DNA of 63,919 bases, filler included, from Licmophora abbreviata (GCA_900291995.1; 9 parts of 9 records of this genome joined end to end with filler, not necessarily neighbours in it), one strand, 5' to 3'. Counted from the whole stretch's first letter, positions 47,600 to 59,833 are shown. The notes: a model not told the origin generated them from the letters alone. Program-made: numbers and translations.

Positions 47600-48100
47600 T
47601 TATCCTCTAGCACCATTTGACGACTCCCTCGCGAAGAGTTCACAGGGGCGACAAGCCCTGGGAGGACATAAGCCCAGGGGCATCGCACATGATCCCATTT
47701 GAGCTTGACCATCTGTCCTCGGGTGGTACTTGATCTGTGTCCCGATTGGAAGATCGATTGGTGTCGGTATCGCGTTGCAAAGTAATGGCTGTATCTGTAC
47801 CAGACTGCGATTCTACGGAGTCGGCAAGTCTCCGCCAAAATCGTTACCCCATTTCCATTGATTGTGGGTCGGACACGCATCAATCGCCTAGGCGGACGGC
47901 ATTCTAAGGCTTCCATTGATCACTCGCCGCCCATCCAAGCAACAGGATGATCTAGGAGTCGCTACAGCCACTCGGATCGACACACGATTCGATTCTCAAA
48001 CGATCGACGAGGTCAACGCCCAATGTTGTGCCAATCGTATGCCGGCCGAGTGCCCGGTAAAAAGAAATCGCTCCATAATAGAGCTCGGCTAGAAGTGGAT
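47600..48100 (-). pseudogene. Decayed alpha/beta-hydrolase gene
   Basis: One frame reads FLFTGHSAGIRLAQHWALTSSIV*ESNRVSIRVAVATPRSSCCLDGRRVINGSLRMPSA*AIDACPTHNQWKWGNDFGGDLPTP*. GHSAG nucleophile elbow at about 48041-48055, with three in-frame stops. Boundaries approximate. Confidence 0.6.
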
Positions 48101-48505
48101 TGCCTTTTTGCTGACACGTTTGGCAATCGTGAAGCTGGTACATGTCACTTTGCTATATTATGCATGTATATCGATAAGCCGAATTGCATGCTCCTGGAGT
48201 CCGAAGTCGCCAGAAGGGATTAGTGAGTGGGCCAAAACGGGAAAGAGCCGCTGGTCTACGGAACCAAATTACACTTTCGAGTTGAGGAGGCGCAACCGAT
48301 ATCCCGGGAGCAGTTGGAAGATAAGAAAGATTGCATGCGATAAAGTTGATCTAATGATAGGGAAGGCAACATTCTTACAGCACTCTGTATCCTCGACGCT
48401 CTGACGCCCCCTCAAATCAAACTTCGCTCTTGCTACTGCTGGTACTCGTCTTTCCCGTGCTGTATACCTGATAGACTTTCGCGTACCCCTTCCACCGATG
48501 GCCGC

Positions 48506-48949
48506 CTACTTCTGGACGGCAACCGATGGATTGTGCACGGCTGACTCCGAGAATCCCATGTCCTGCAGTTGACGATCCGAGTAGCCCTGTCCTCTTAAGT
48601 CCTTAACATGAATTTTGTCCGATTCGAGCATCTAGCGTTCGCGAGAATCGAAGATTACATTTGTGAGGCGAGTGTGTGTGAGCCGAGGAGGACGTGACAT
48701 CACAGATCACAGCGGCGCGCTTGCTTGTTCGCATCTTTGTTGAGGTCTTACCTGTCCTTCTCTCTGGATTTCAAACAATAGAGGCACTAAAGTAACCATA
48801 CACGTCGTAACGACAATGAATCCTACTCGAGCTGCCTTGCTTGCAAGCCATATTGATGCATCTTTCGCCGTCAGGCTTCCCGAGTGGAAGGACTTTCCTG
48901 CTCGTGTGAAGAACCCTTTGATGCCTCCTACTTGCTTTTCTTTTGACAT
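48506..48949 (-). CDS. TOM22-like mitochondrial import receptor (short form lacking the acidic N-domain)
   Basis: AARVGFIVVTTCMVTLVPLLFEIQRE matches the Tom22 TM motif. Intron 48632..48751; exon 2 MLESDKIHVKDLRGQGY. Confidence 0.7.
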
Positions 48950-49316
48950 TGTTGTTGCGCTGGTTCAGTTTACACACCGATGGTGCCAATAGTACGGAGA
49001 ACAAGAGGATAAAGTCGTACAGGTACTTTCTTCGCCATATTCAATATTGAATATGCCGCGGATGTGTTTGTGTTTTGGCTCGCGGTGCTCCCATCGTCAG
49101 CCCGGAAAAATCTGCGGCGGGAAACAACGCAGGAGGGACGGACAGGCCCTGAGACCCGAGTCTGACGTCATCCTCGGGTCTGAACATGGAACATCGGATG
49201 TATCGGACCGTCATGGGATTCTTCCCTTTTCTGTCGCGCCGGTGCTCCAAGTAATAGTTCACGTTGCCAGCGGTCGTCGCAACATAGCACGCTTCACTGT
49301 CTCTCATCATGCCAAA

Positions 49317-50039
49317 ATGAGCGGCCGATTACGAAAGAGAACCCTGGATGAAATCGGCAAAACAAGTGAGAACGACGATCCCTCGCTGTCGACCACTCCG
49401 TGTTGGTGGCCCGACCAGCTTCAACAGCACGATGCCATGACGACGTTGACAAGCGGCATCAAGAAAGAGCTTATGAACCCTGTCACGGCCAAGCGGGGGC
49501 TATTGCAGCTAGCTCGAACCTTTCGACAACAGTCGGTCCTCTTGCTTCGGCAGGCTGACCATTTGGACAGAATGGCCGACGACCTTACTGCAACTAAGCG
49601 CGAAAGCAAAGAGACCGATGGAGTTCTCCGAGGCCCAAGGGAAAGTCACTTCGACGGGATGCAACGGGGAAACGTAATTGCCTTTGTCGCCAAGAGTTCA
49701 GAGGCCATGACGAGTGCTCACAAAAGAATGGATGACATCGAGCATCGACTCCATCCTTGGAGAGAGGCTCTCCACGCACCGGACTTGACTCCAAAGAGCA
49801 AGATGACTACCTCATGGAGCATCTTTCTGGACGAAAACTACGAGAAAGTTGCCGAGATGCTAGACGCGCCCCGAAATGCCGGAGTGACTGTAAAGGAGCT
49901 AGGTAGGATTTGGAGGGGTATGAGTACAGAAGAGCGGCAAGAATACAAACGACGAGCCATAGTGAACAACAATGCCGTCAAGCACGAGAGGGAATCTAGA
50001 GGTCCACTCCTACACTCGGAGGGAGATTGCGCGGAGTGA
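49317..50039 (+). CDS. HMG-box protein
   Basis: TSWSIFLDENY...VKELGRIWRGMSTEERQEYKRRA. Confidence 0.75.
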   Translation: MSGRLRKRTLDEIGKTSENDDPSLSTTPCWWPDQLQQHDAMTTLTSGIKKELMNPVTAKRGLLQLARTFRQQSVLLLRQADHLDRMADDLTATKRESKETDGVLRGPRESHFDGMQRGNVIAFVAKSSEAMTSAHKRMDDIEHRLHPWREALHAPDLTPKSKMTTSWSIFLDENYEKVAEMLDAPRNAGVTVKELGRIWRGMSTEERQEYKRRAIVNNNAVKHERESRGPLLHSEGDCAE

Positions 50040-50495
50040 ACTACGCAGCCTTTGAAAGTTACAGTAAGCGTCAGCCCTGCAAATAGGGTCCACTTTCCGT
50101 ATTCTTACTTCTATGTGATACTGCAGCCTGTGTTCACAAGGTGTAGCTAGGGCGCACTTTCTATTTAGATGGACTCCTCTCTGACCAATCCTTTGAAGCT
50201 TGAGTGGGACGGCACATGAACTTGAATGTACCACCAATAAAATCAGCAAGATTAGAGTTTCGCCGCCATCGTGCCGTCCGACGGCGGACTTACTCAAGAC
50301 TTAGCTTCTCCGTAGAACTCAGTACTACACGACTTTGACGTTGAAAAGAGCCACATCACACAAGAACCCGCGCGCGAGATTCATTTCATCCATCCCGTCA
50401 TGCGTCATGCGGTCGCCTCAGCCACATCGTCAGTGCGATCGCATTCCTGCTGTTTGGCATCGACAATGACCTCTCTCTTGACTCGTATACGGTCG

Positions 50496-52298
50496 ATGCG
50501 GCCCCTAGTTGTATTTTTGTGCTGTGTTCACTTTTCTTTGGGCTTTCTAACGTCGCAAAAGGTCGATCGACATCACCTTTCTCAATGTCGATTCGGAACT
50601 CCTGCATTGGCGAATCTTCGACAGAAATCTGTCCTTCCGCTGGATTCACCGTTGTACATGGTGGTCAAGGATAATGCCAGTACTGGAGGAGAAAAGTCGA
50701 GGCGGGTCGGTCCGCTCAAAACGCTCGCTCTGCACCGAAGGCACAGACACAAGTCTCCATCAGCGACGGCTGCCACGGACGTACGCGGCGACAGCGAACC
50801 CGATCGACGGTACCAAGTGAAAACGAGGGAAGAACTCGATGCCTTCTTCAACGACGAAGAAGACAGGTTTCGCGATTCCAAAGGGAGCATCGATTATGAC
50901 ACTCTTCTCAAGTCTTTGGTTGTTACTGGTGATACTCAGGTGATTGGATCCAAGAACCACCCAGAACGCATCCATCCTGTGCTGAAGGTATTGCATGATC
51001 GTCGGCGGAATAACTCTACTTGTGTGGAAGGGACTCGGCCTGATGGAATGCGTGTTGCGCTGGCTATCGAAGGAGGTGGGATGCGAGGATGTATCTCTGC
51101 CGGTATGGTGGCGGCCGTGTACTACCTAGGTCTGGAAGAATCCATCGACGTCGTGTACGGCTCCTCCGCAGGGACGGTGATCGGTTCTTACTTTATCACT
51201 CGTCAGCTTCAATGGATGGGTCCAGAGATATATTATGACAGTCTCACTATGGCTGGGAAAAAGTTTATCGACACGAAACGCCTTCTACGCGCCATCGGGT
51301 TTGGTCTCCTTGATCCTCGGCTCGTCAAAGATGTTGTATCGAGACGGGGTCACGGCAAGCCTGTCTTGAATCTAGACTTTCTGCTCCGACAGACTGTACA
51401 GGAGAGCAAACGACTGGATTGGGAAAAATTTACTGAGATGCAAAAGGTTCAGCCGTTGAAAGTTGTCGCTTCTGGGCTCAAGAGCGAGAAGGCCGTTGTC
51501 ATGGACTACGAAACTGGCCACTTTCGAACTCTGGATGAACTCACGCGATGCCAGCACGCCTCTTGCCTCTTACCGGGTATTGCTGGCCCAGTGATGAATA
51601 TGAACATGGCATCCGTGAATTCTGAACCCGCGGCAGGCTTCCAGTCGGAGGAAAAATTCATTCTCGGAAATGGTCTCGACAAAGAAGCGTACGAGCCCAT
51701 GGCCGACGCTCTACTCTACGAGCCGATGCCATACCATTCCGCTGTTAACGAGGGTGCAACTCACGTTATTGTGTTTCGCACAAGACCTGATGGGGCTGAC
51801 GTTACCGGAAAGACGAGTATATTTGAGCGACTCATCCTGAAGCGATTCTTCACACGAAAGAACAAACTGCCGAACATGTACCGACGAATGAGAATGCATT
51901 TGCATAAGAAGAGATACGCGGAGGACGTGATTGAATTGAATGAAGCTGCTTGGGACGATCGTGATCCGTACGATATTTCTAGTCCTCACCTGTTACCAAT
52001 CGCAGTACCCCCTGGGTCTCCTGAGGTTCCGCGATTGGAGACGGGGAGAGCTGCAATCTTTGACGGCGTTCGTAGAGGCTTTGCGCGGGCCTATGATGCC
52101 CTCGTGGAAGACCCATCGGAACGAGGGATGGGTATTGTTCGAGCTAAAGAGTACTTTCCGGACGATATCTTGAATTACGACCCGTTAGACTTTGCTTCAC
52201 ATGGCAGTTCGGCTTTTGAAGCATTCCGTTCACACGAAGGCGGTCAAGCTGAAAAGTCTGCATCTGGTGCCGTCATCTCGCCTGCCGATACTAGATGA
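50496..52298 (+). CDS. Patatin-like phospholipase, plastid-type leader
   Basis: LAIEGGGMRG, GSSAG, catalytic-Asp motif variant MADAL. Leader SLG-FL. Confidence 0.88.
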   Translation: MRPLVVFLCCVHFSLGFLTSQKVDRHHLSQCRFGTPALANLRQKSVLPLDSPLYMVVKDNASTGGEKSRRVGPLKTLALHRRHRHKSPSATAATDVRGDSEPDRRYQVKTREELDAFFNDEEDRFRDSKGSIDYDTLLKSLVVTGDTQVIGSKNHPERIHPVLKVLHDRRRNNSTCVEGTRPDGMRVALAIEGGGMRGCISAGMVAAVYYLGLEESIDVVYGSSAGTVIGSYFITRQLQWMGPEIYYDSLTMAGKKFIDTKRLLRAIGFGLLDPRLVKDVVSRRGHGKPVLNLDFLLRQTVQESKRLDWEKFTEMQKVQPLKVVASGLKSEKAVVMDYETGHFRTLDELTRCQHASCLLPGIAGPVMNMNMASVNSEPAAGFQSEEKFILGNGLDKEAYEPMADALLYEPMPYHSAVNEGATHVIVFRTRPDGADVTGKTSIFERLILKRFFTRKNKLPNMYRRMRMHLHKKRYAEDVIELNEAAWDDRDPYDISSPHLLPIAVPPGSPEVPRLETGRAAIFDGVRRGFARAYDALVEDPSERGMGIVRAKEYFPDDILNYDPLDFASHGSSAFEAFRSHEGGQAEKSASGAVISPADTR

Positions 52299-52447
52299 CC
52301 ACGCGATCTGAAGTCAAGAAGTTATTCCGATACAATCTAGATGCTTACAATTTATAGCTATAGTTGACGCAAGGCCAAGGTTGGCTTTCGAATTCTTGGG
52401 CCATTTCGTTCGGTTGCTTCGTTGTCAATCGCTCGCGCCTCTGTTCC

Positions 52448-53996
52448 TCACGAAACGCTCTTGAGAGCTGCGTGCAATGCGTTGTCCAAATCTTCGATCA
52501 AGTCACGGCAGCTTTCAATTCCGATGGAGAGGCGGACCAGTGTGTCGTTGATCCCAAGAAGCTCGCGCTGGTCGTTGGGCACAGAGGCGTGAGTCATCAA
52601 TGATGGACACTCGGCCAAGCTTTCTACCGCCCCAAGCGACTCAGCAAGCGCAAACACGCGAAGCTGTCGAAATAGATAACGAGAGTCATGAGTTAGATAA
52701 TTCGCGACAAATTTGGTATACGACAACGAAAGTGCATGTCGTTGAAAAGCCGAAACCTTACGTGTTGCAATAGGACTGCGGACTGTTCCCGGCCGCCAAC
52801 GCAATAGAAAGTGATCATTGCTCCAAATCCATGTTGCTGACGCTTTGCGAGTTCATGCTGTGGATGAGAAGGCAGCCCGGGATACGCCACCTTGACAACG
52901 CCGTCGTGTTGCTCTAGGAATAGGGCAATGGCGTAGGCATTCCTAGAACGCCGATGCAGTAACGACGGTGAGAATCAGGAGCACTCACCGACCCCCAGAA
53001 GAGGCGAGCTCGTCTAACGTGTAACATACCTAGAAGCCGCTTCCATTCTCACATGCAATGTTTTTAAGCCACGATGCGCGAGAAAGCACTCGAACGGTGA
53101 AGGAACGGCTCCGATACCGTTCTGAACGAAGCGTAGCTTCTCATAAAGATCCTGCCGGTTTGTACAAACGACTCCCATCACAACGTCACTGTGGCCACCG
53201 ATGTACTTTGTCACTGAATGAACGACAAGGTCAGCGCCTAGATCCAGCGGTGTTTGAAAGTAGGGAGAAGAAAAGGTGTTGTCGACGGCCAGCAAGCACC
53301 CGTGCTCCTTGCCTTTGGCAGCGACCGCCGCGATGTCGGTAAGCTTCAAGGTAGGATTAGTTGGCGTCTCAAGCCAGATCAATCTCGTATTCTGCTGGAA
53401 GGAACCCCTTCGGAAAAGTCGTGGAAGCTTATCGACATTCCCATCTGTGGCGACACAATCCGCCTAAAGTAACGCTGCGTTCCTCCGTAGACATCGTCCA
53501 CGCAAAGCACATGATCGCCGTGCCGAAGCAAATGGATAACGGCGGAGGTCGCAGCGCTCCCTGACGAAAATGCCACACAGTAGGTGGCGTTCTCAGCAGC
53601 TGCTATGGCTCTCTCAAACGCGCCTCTGGTAGGATTTCCGGTTCTCGAATACTCGTATCCAAGACCAAAGCTGTTCGGGTCCTGGGGTGCGGACGCCTCG
53701 CCTGGAGTGCTCTGCCGAAACGTCGTCGCTAGGCTGATGGGTACGACCACCGCTCCTGTGGGATTCTCGTTGTGCGAGCTTTTCCGACTGTCCAAGTCAT
53801 CCCTAATGTGAAGATACTTCGTTCCCTGTCCATGATAGGGATCTGTAGCCGTACAGTCGCGTCAAGCAGGGGCAACGACGGTGTCAGCATGACGTGGTGT
53901 GGAGAGGTCAATGAAATGTTCGTCCAATACTTTCGCTCACTCACCTGCTGCTTCGACTGCTCTCTCGACTTCTTTCTTTGGCCATCCGTTCGCCAT
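52448..53996 (-). CDS. CTH: Cystathionine gamma-lyase (PLP trans-sulfuration enzyme), with an apparent 1-nt frameshift
   Basis: YSRTGNPTR, DDVYGGT, IWLETPTNP, VDNTF, HSVTKYIGGHSD (PLP Lys), LAESLG, VRLSIGIE. Exon 1 MANGWPKK...; frame slip near 53400. Confidence 0.93.
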
Positions 53997-54337
53997 GTTG
54001 ATGCAGTGATGGTGGCTGTGAATATGGCCTTGATGTGGCGATTATGTGAGAGTGCAGGTGTCATCATCACATTCAACATGATCATCAGTGTCAGAACAAC
54101 GACGTAGGGTTCTCATCATATCGATTCGATTGGATTCATTCACGTGAGGTCTGTTCGCGAGTCAGTCACGAGTCCGTCACGAGTCCGTCGGGTCGTGAGT
54201 CGATTGATTGATTCATTCGACTCGAATTGCGTATGGCGCGATGTGGCGAGTGGCGAGATTGATCTTGAAGACGTGAACGATGTAGTATTCTGATTTTCCA
54301 GTGTCATACCTGGTATCTTGTGCATCGAAGGGTCGCC

Positions 54338-55474
54338 ATGTTTGAAATGGACGCTGATAGTCGGGGATTGGTGACGACGGCGGAAGCGGAATGCAGCCAC
54401 TACGACGAGAACGAAAGAAGTCTTCATGACGAAAACAGACTCCCCCATCCCTTGCCTGTCACGTCGTCGTATCTTCGGTCGCAGGACTTTGTTGAGCTAC
54501 TCTGCTGCGTCGTCTTTGGCTTAGTCTGTGCCGTTGTGGAGTTTCTTGACTCTACATCAGTACGGAAACGACCGATTCCATACCAAATACTCGACAACTC
54601 GGGGGACGTCGCTTACAACTTATCCTTCAAGGAGGAACTTTCCGATGACACAGTGTCCGACGCTGTCTTGATGGTCGTGGCAGTCGTCCTTCCTGTCTTA
54701 CTTCAGTTGTGAGTTCCATTCTCTTCGAATGGCGGTACTGATAACTGCAAGCTGGAAAAATCATGTTCCATGTTGGATCTAATAGCATCGGCTGCCTCTT
54801 GTCGTACCGTATAGTGCACTCACGAAGACACGTGGGAAGCTGGGAGAGTCCCATGCGACGGTGTGTGTCTACTTTGTGGCAGTTGGTCTCACCACGTTGG
54901 TCACGGCGCTCATAAAGAACTATGTTGGCTACCTACGACCTGTATTCTATGACTTGTGTGAACCCAATGACGACTTGGATGCATGTACCGGAGACCAAGA
55001 GCGAGAAGCGCGACGCTCCTTTCCGAGTGGCCACGCCAGTACGTCTTTTTGTGGATTGATTCTGTTGACTCTGTATTTGCTGGATCACTTTGGCGTGGCC
55101 AGTTGCGTGTCGGCAGTTTTGCTTCACGAGAATGGTGGCGATCGCACCGTTGCCTATCAGTATCGACGACCGTCACGAATCAAACGATTGGTTTCTATCG
55201 TCTGCTTGATTCCAATGGGAGTCGCAACTTTCATATCAGCCAGTAGAGTTGTCGACAATCGACATTTCCCTGCGGATGTTGTCACTGGGGCATTGATTGG
55301 ATCCAGCATAGGTTGGTTCTCGCATCGATTGTGGTAAGTCGGGGCATTAGTGGATGCTCTCGTGTTTCATTGCCTGTCACCGTTTCACCAGCTCACTGTG
55401 TACTCGCTGCTGGTAACTTCTCGCTTTTTAGGTTCCTACCGCCCCCCTTAGCGCTAGCCCAGCTCTCTGTATGA
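54338..55474 (+). CDS. PAP2 / lipid phosphate phosphatase (multi-exon)
   Basis: KNYVGYLRP, SFPSGH and SRVVDNRHFPADV are the three PAP2 motifs. Confidence 0.92.
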
Positions 55475-55877
55475 CCCTCGTTGCCTTGAAATACGTCTCA
55501 TTCTTGTCTACATAATATAATTGCTACGACGAAACGTTGCTCCCTTATAAGCTGTCGTGACTATCTCACGTCTCTCGGCGACTGGCCTCGTCATTTCGAA
55601 AGCCTCGTCTGAGCCTGTGTGCCTACTGCAATTGCACAGCTGCTGTTTTCGGCGCCCTGCCACACACAACACTCTACGAGTATTTTCTTTAGGAAGAGAT
55701 ATAATGCCGGATGTTACCCGTAGTAACCAAAGTACGAGCTTTCTCAGGCTTTCGGCAAGAGTTCGTCGTGGGTTTTTGTGCGCGATGCTGATGTGACTGA
55801 TGATGTGAATCGAATCGCATCAGTGTGTGATGATGCGTCCCGCATCGACGTCGATTGCTTGAACATTATTCGAAACC

Positions 55878-57017
55878 ATGGGAAATAGGCATTCTAGCTA
55901 CAGAAATCGCATCCTTCGCGACGAGGCGTCCGTGTTTGACATCATGGGCATGCTCGTTGATTTCGAATGGCATTTCCCGCCAATACTTCCGTCGTGTTTG
56001 GACGAACTCGTGGATTGGTCGCTGGAGGCCACTCTCTTGCTGGAGCTAGTGAATGAGAGTCATTCCAATGATCCCTTATCTGCAGACAGTCATATCCATT
56101 TCGTGCCCATCATAAGCAAGAGTATCCTTCGAAGGGAAGAAAGTGGAGGTGAGGCCTGACCTGCGTTTGCCTATACTGTGCGGAGGGCGTGTTCTTTGTG
56201 TGCTCTATCGAGTCGCAGCAGCGGGACTGACCTCACCCTTCTTTCTTTCTGTTTTTTTTTCAGTGGGAGGTACAAAGTTGAAACCAGGGGAAGACATCGA
56301 AAAGGCGCCAGGCTTCGCGAGCCAGAACGATGTGCTTCTTTTTCCGCGTTCAGCTGGGTTTGTTGATCTAGTCAAGTTCTATAGCGAGGATGTACGTAGA
56401 CGCTGAAGAAGATGCTTCCATGGGTCTTGTCGCGCTTCAAATGTGTTCGATGTGCTAAGTTGTGCTATCTCTCTGTATTTGACCGCAAGGTGCTAGTTCT
56501 CGTCCTTGCTCCCGACTATCCCTCCTACATCGCGCTTTCTGTTGTCCATTTTGCTGAATACGTCAAGCTATGTCGACGTTTGCACGAGCTTATACATTTG
56601 GAGTCGACCGCTCAGTTAGTCGAGGACAGCGGCGAAGGTAATAACCCTCCAAGTGGGACGGAATGTGCCATCTGCATGGGACGAGCGGAGCAGACCGTCT
56701 TGCCATGCATGCATGGGCTTTGTGTCGAGTGCGAAGGCCGATGGGTTGATACTCATTCAGACTGTCCATTCTGCAGAAAACAGTTTGCCTGCCGACAAAA
56801 GCGAAAGCGTGAACAATGGCAGGTGAGATTAGTACCGTGTGCTTCCTCCCGATTTTGATTGCATACCTTCTTTATCTGACCGCTTCTCTTGTTTGACTGT
56901 CAATTCAGCTCGAGAGCTGGTCTGGTGAGGAAGTACAACGAGACATAGACGCACTGTCCACCCAGTTGTCCTCAGTATTGAAAGCCAAATCTAAGCACGT
57001 CGCGCAAGATATTGTGT
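55878..57017 (+). CDS. RING-finger protein (RNF141-like), possible N-myristoylation, runs into gap
   Basis: MGNRHS N-terminus; CAICMG...LPCMHGLCVECEGRW...CPFC. Several GT-AG introns. Confidence 0.7.
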
Positions 57018-57117
57018 NNNNNNNNNNNNNNNNNNNNNNNNNNNNNNNNNNNNNNNNNNNNTTAATTAATTAANNNNNNNNNNNNNNNNNNNNNNNNNNN
57101 NNNNNNNNNNNNNNNNN
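57018..57117. other. Assembly spacer
   Basis: N-TTAATTAATTAA-N. Confidence 0.98.
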
Positions 57118-57581
57118 CCGAGAACTACACACGATTACAAGGCTCAATAGAGGGGCGAATGGTCGATGACAACTTTTTCTTACTAACCTAGTTTCGTCGC
57201 AGCCGCTCCTACGGCAGGCCACTGCTGAAACCTCTCCTGGCTGAGTCCAAGGCGTTAGTCCGGGCTGAGGGCTATCGGACGTTGTATGAACGGCCACACC
57301 TATTGCAAGCGCCAATCTCGAATAGCGTCTAGTACATTTTTGAGATTAAGTGGGTTATCAAGCAAGTACTTCTCCATTCATCAAATATGAGGGGGTTATG
57401 GGAACAGTGTTTCTGAGAATTCATGTACTTCAAACCATCCGCATTATTTTCCTGTAGGAAACAGTACAAAAGTTATCTATTTTTGATCCTTTCGTAGAGC
57501 GTTCTGTACACCCCTCCCTCGCTACTTTTCTACGATACAGGCTGCATGTTGATAGTACAAATTCAATAGGTGCGAATGTTA

Positions 57582-58306
57582 CTACATGCCCAGGAGTGAA
57601 TTCACAGCAGCACTTTCGTCCCAGCCGTGTTTTTCCAAGGCCTTCTTGGCACTCGTTTTGTCAAATCCCATTTCGCAAACACGCGCAATAGCTTCATCAC
57701 GACTAGTCTCTTTTGCATAGGTTTCTGTCCAGAATCGCGCAGTCCTTTCGAACTCTTGTCGACTCGTCATGTACATCTTGGCGACTTCGGCATCCTGCGG
57801 ATCTCCCGGTTCTGGCGAACACATGAGTGCTTGCAAAGAGAGCAATGCTGTCTTGATGGTAAGAGCAGGACTCCACTGATCCTTCAAAATATCCTGTGAA
57901 GGGAGAAGTAAAGTACGTCGGAAGTTAGTCTAGCTGGATTCCACGAGTCAACGCCATCATGTATGGCGGCTCCTTATCGAGTTTACAAGATATCGGCATC
58001 GAGACAGCTTCCTCGAAGAACCTGACGTACCAAGCAAATCGCACCCGTCTGAGAGCTCACGTTGGGGTGCCAAATTTTGGTAATGAACTTCATTTTGGGC
58101 GGCTCAAAGGGATATTGCTTGGGAATATCGATGCTAATGCTAAAGACACCGCCATCGTAGGGCGTACCGTCAGGTCCCAGTATCGTTCCTTTGAGGTGAC
58201 GCATGTTTCCTTCGTCAACGACAACAGCTCGAACGCCCGACGTCTTGTCATCCTTTCCAACCTCTGCCAGTTCTTTCGACAAGCGACTTGCCGCTTGAGA
58301 TGCCAT
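57582..58306 (-). CDS. UBC1: Ubiquitin-conjugating enzyme UBC1/UBE2K with C-terminal UBA
   Basis: [44 protein letters not shown] (EMGF...AVNSLL). Intron 57894..58030. Confidence 0.95.
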
Positions 58307-58707
58307 GGTCGGTCTTGAGTTCGTCGCGGTCGCCGCTGCCGATGGAAGTAAGCGATGAGAAGAATGCAAGAATGCCATGAGACCCGACCCGCTCAGGAAT
58401 CAGGAACTTTGGCAGAACACACATGAAAGGTACTGATGAAAGGTAGACAGACAGACAGATCGTAGAATCCTACGCGGGTTTGTACCGGTACGAGTTCGCG
58501 ATGATATGCAATATGTGAGATGTCTGTTGGCTGAGCGAGCCCGCGCGCGCCCCTTTGAATTTTTTTGCGAGCCGTTTGATGATGTCTTGTGTCCTGGTGT
58601 GATGAGCCTCGCAATGTGATCGATGCACAACGCCATGATTACGTCCTTTGTAGTGCCACCACGAGCACCGTCTCCGTTGATACTTCATTTCCTTATCGTA
58701 GAAGAGC

Positions 58708-59657
58708 ATGATGGCAGACGAGGCCTCGCTGATCCTGGCCACCCCGGACACCAAGCTTCGCCGTCAGTCTGCGTACGATCATTGTGACGAACAACATGGC
58801 GCCTCATCGCCTCCTCCTTCTTTCAGCATTCGTCGTGAACCTATGCNNNNNNNNNNNNNNNNNNNNNNNNNNNNNNNNNNNNNNNNNNNNTTAATTAATT
58901 AANNNNNNNNNNNNNNNNNNNNNNNNNNNNNNNNNNNNNNNNNNNNCCACTTAGGAGAACTGCCGTGCTCGCTGACGACACTGCGGAAGCAGGCCACGAT
59001 GCACCCTCGGCCGAAGATCGCTCAGACACCAACGACATGTCGCTGGCGACCATGTCCATTGAGGACCACTGCTCTCTTCGCCTCGACGATTCTATTTCGA
59101 TTCGATCGCCACACAGTAATAGGACCCTAGAAGAGCAGCGGCAGCAGCAACAAGAGGAAGACTCGATTGCCTTGGCTCGACAGCTCATGGAACAGGAAGC
59201 AATGCAGGCCCACGCCGCAAGTGCTGATTTTTTGAGATACAATGCCGCCGACTTTTCCCAAGAAGATTATGAAGCTCTGCAAGCGGCGCTCGCGGAGGAA
59301 GAACACGTGAGCGACGAGGAACGCTCCGATGATGAACCCGACTTGACATACGACATGATGTTGCGTCTTGGCGACACGCTTGGGGATGTCAAGCAGGAGC
59401 GGTGGACGTGGGTGGCGCAGTCGGAAATTGACAAACTAGAGACATTAAAGTTTGATTCCGAGGCTGTCAGAGACAAGGACGAGAATGATCCGCAGGTCAA
59501 GTGCCTAGTGTGTCAATTTCGCTATGAAGCGGACGACGAATTGCGACGATTGCCATGTGGTCATTGCTTTCATTCCGAGTGTGTCGACCAATGGCTTCGC
59601 GAGAAGGACCTTTGCCCCTACTGCCGCAAGACGATTGTCGACGGCGAGGAAAGCTGA
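58708..59657 (+). CDS. RING-H2 E3 ubiquitin ligase with UIM-like helix (interrupted by gap; 5' part tentative)
   Basis: DSIALARQLM, TYDMMLRLGDTLGDV, CLVC...LPCGHCFHSECVDQWL...CPYC. Confidence 0.8.
58847..58946. other. Assembly spacer
   Basis: N-TTAATTAATTAA-N. Confidence 0.98.
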
Positions 59658-59833
59658 GCCTTGGAGGGGTTTATTTTAAAAGGGGAACAGTAGATGATTG
59701 TCGGCGGTGGAATGCTGTTCGCTGTATTTGTCCTTGGTTCCATAGAGGGAGTCCATTTCCTATTGCTAATTTGAGACGACGCAAAGGAGGGCGCAGACTT
59801 GTATCTGAATCGTAGTGTAAAAGCGATTCTCTT

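Noticed and set aside
49047..49316. N-terminal extensions of ORF-track calls (also 826-1023, 26467-26616, 32504-32611)
   Set aside because: They arise from prokaryotic-style start calling (GTG/TTG or first ATG). Downstream ATGs give proper leaders or domain starts.
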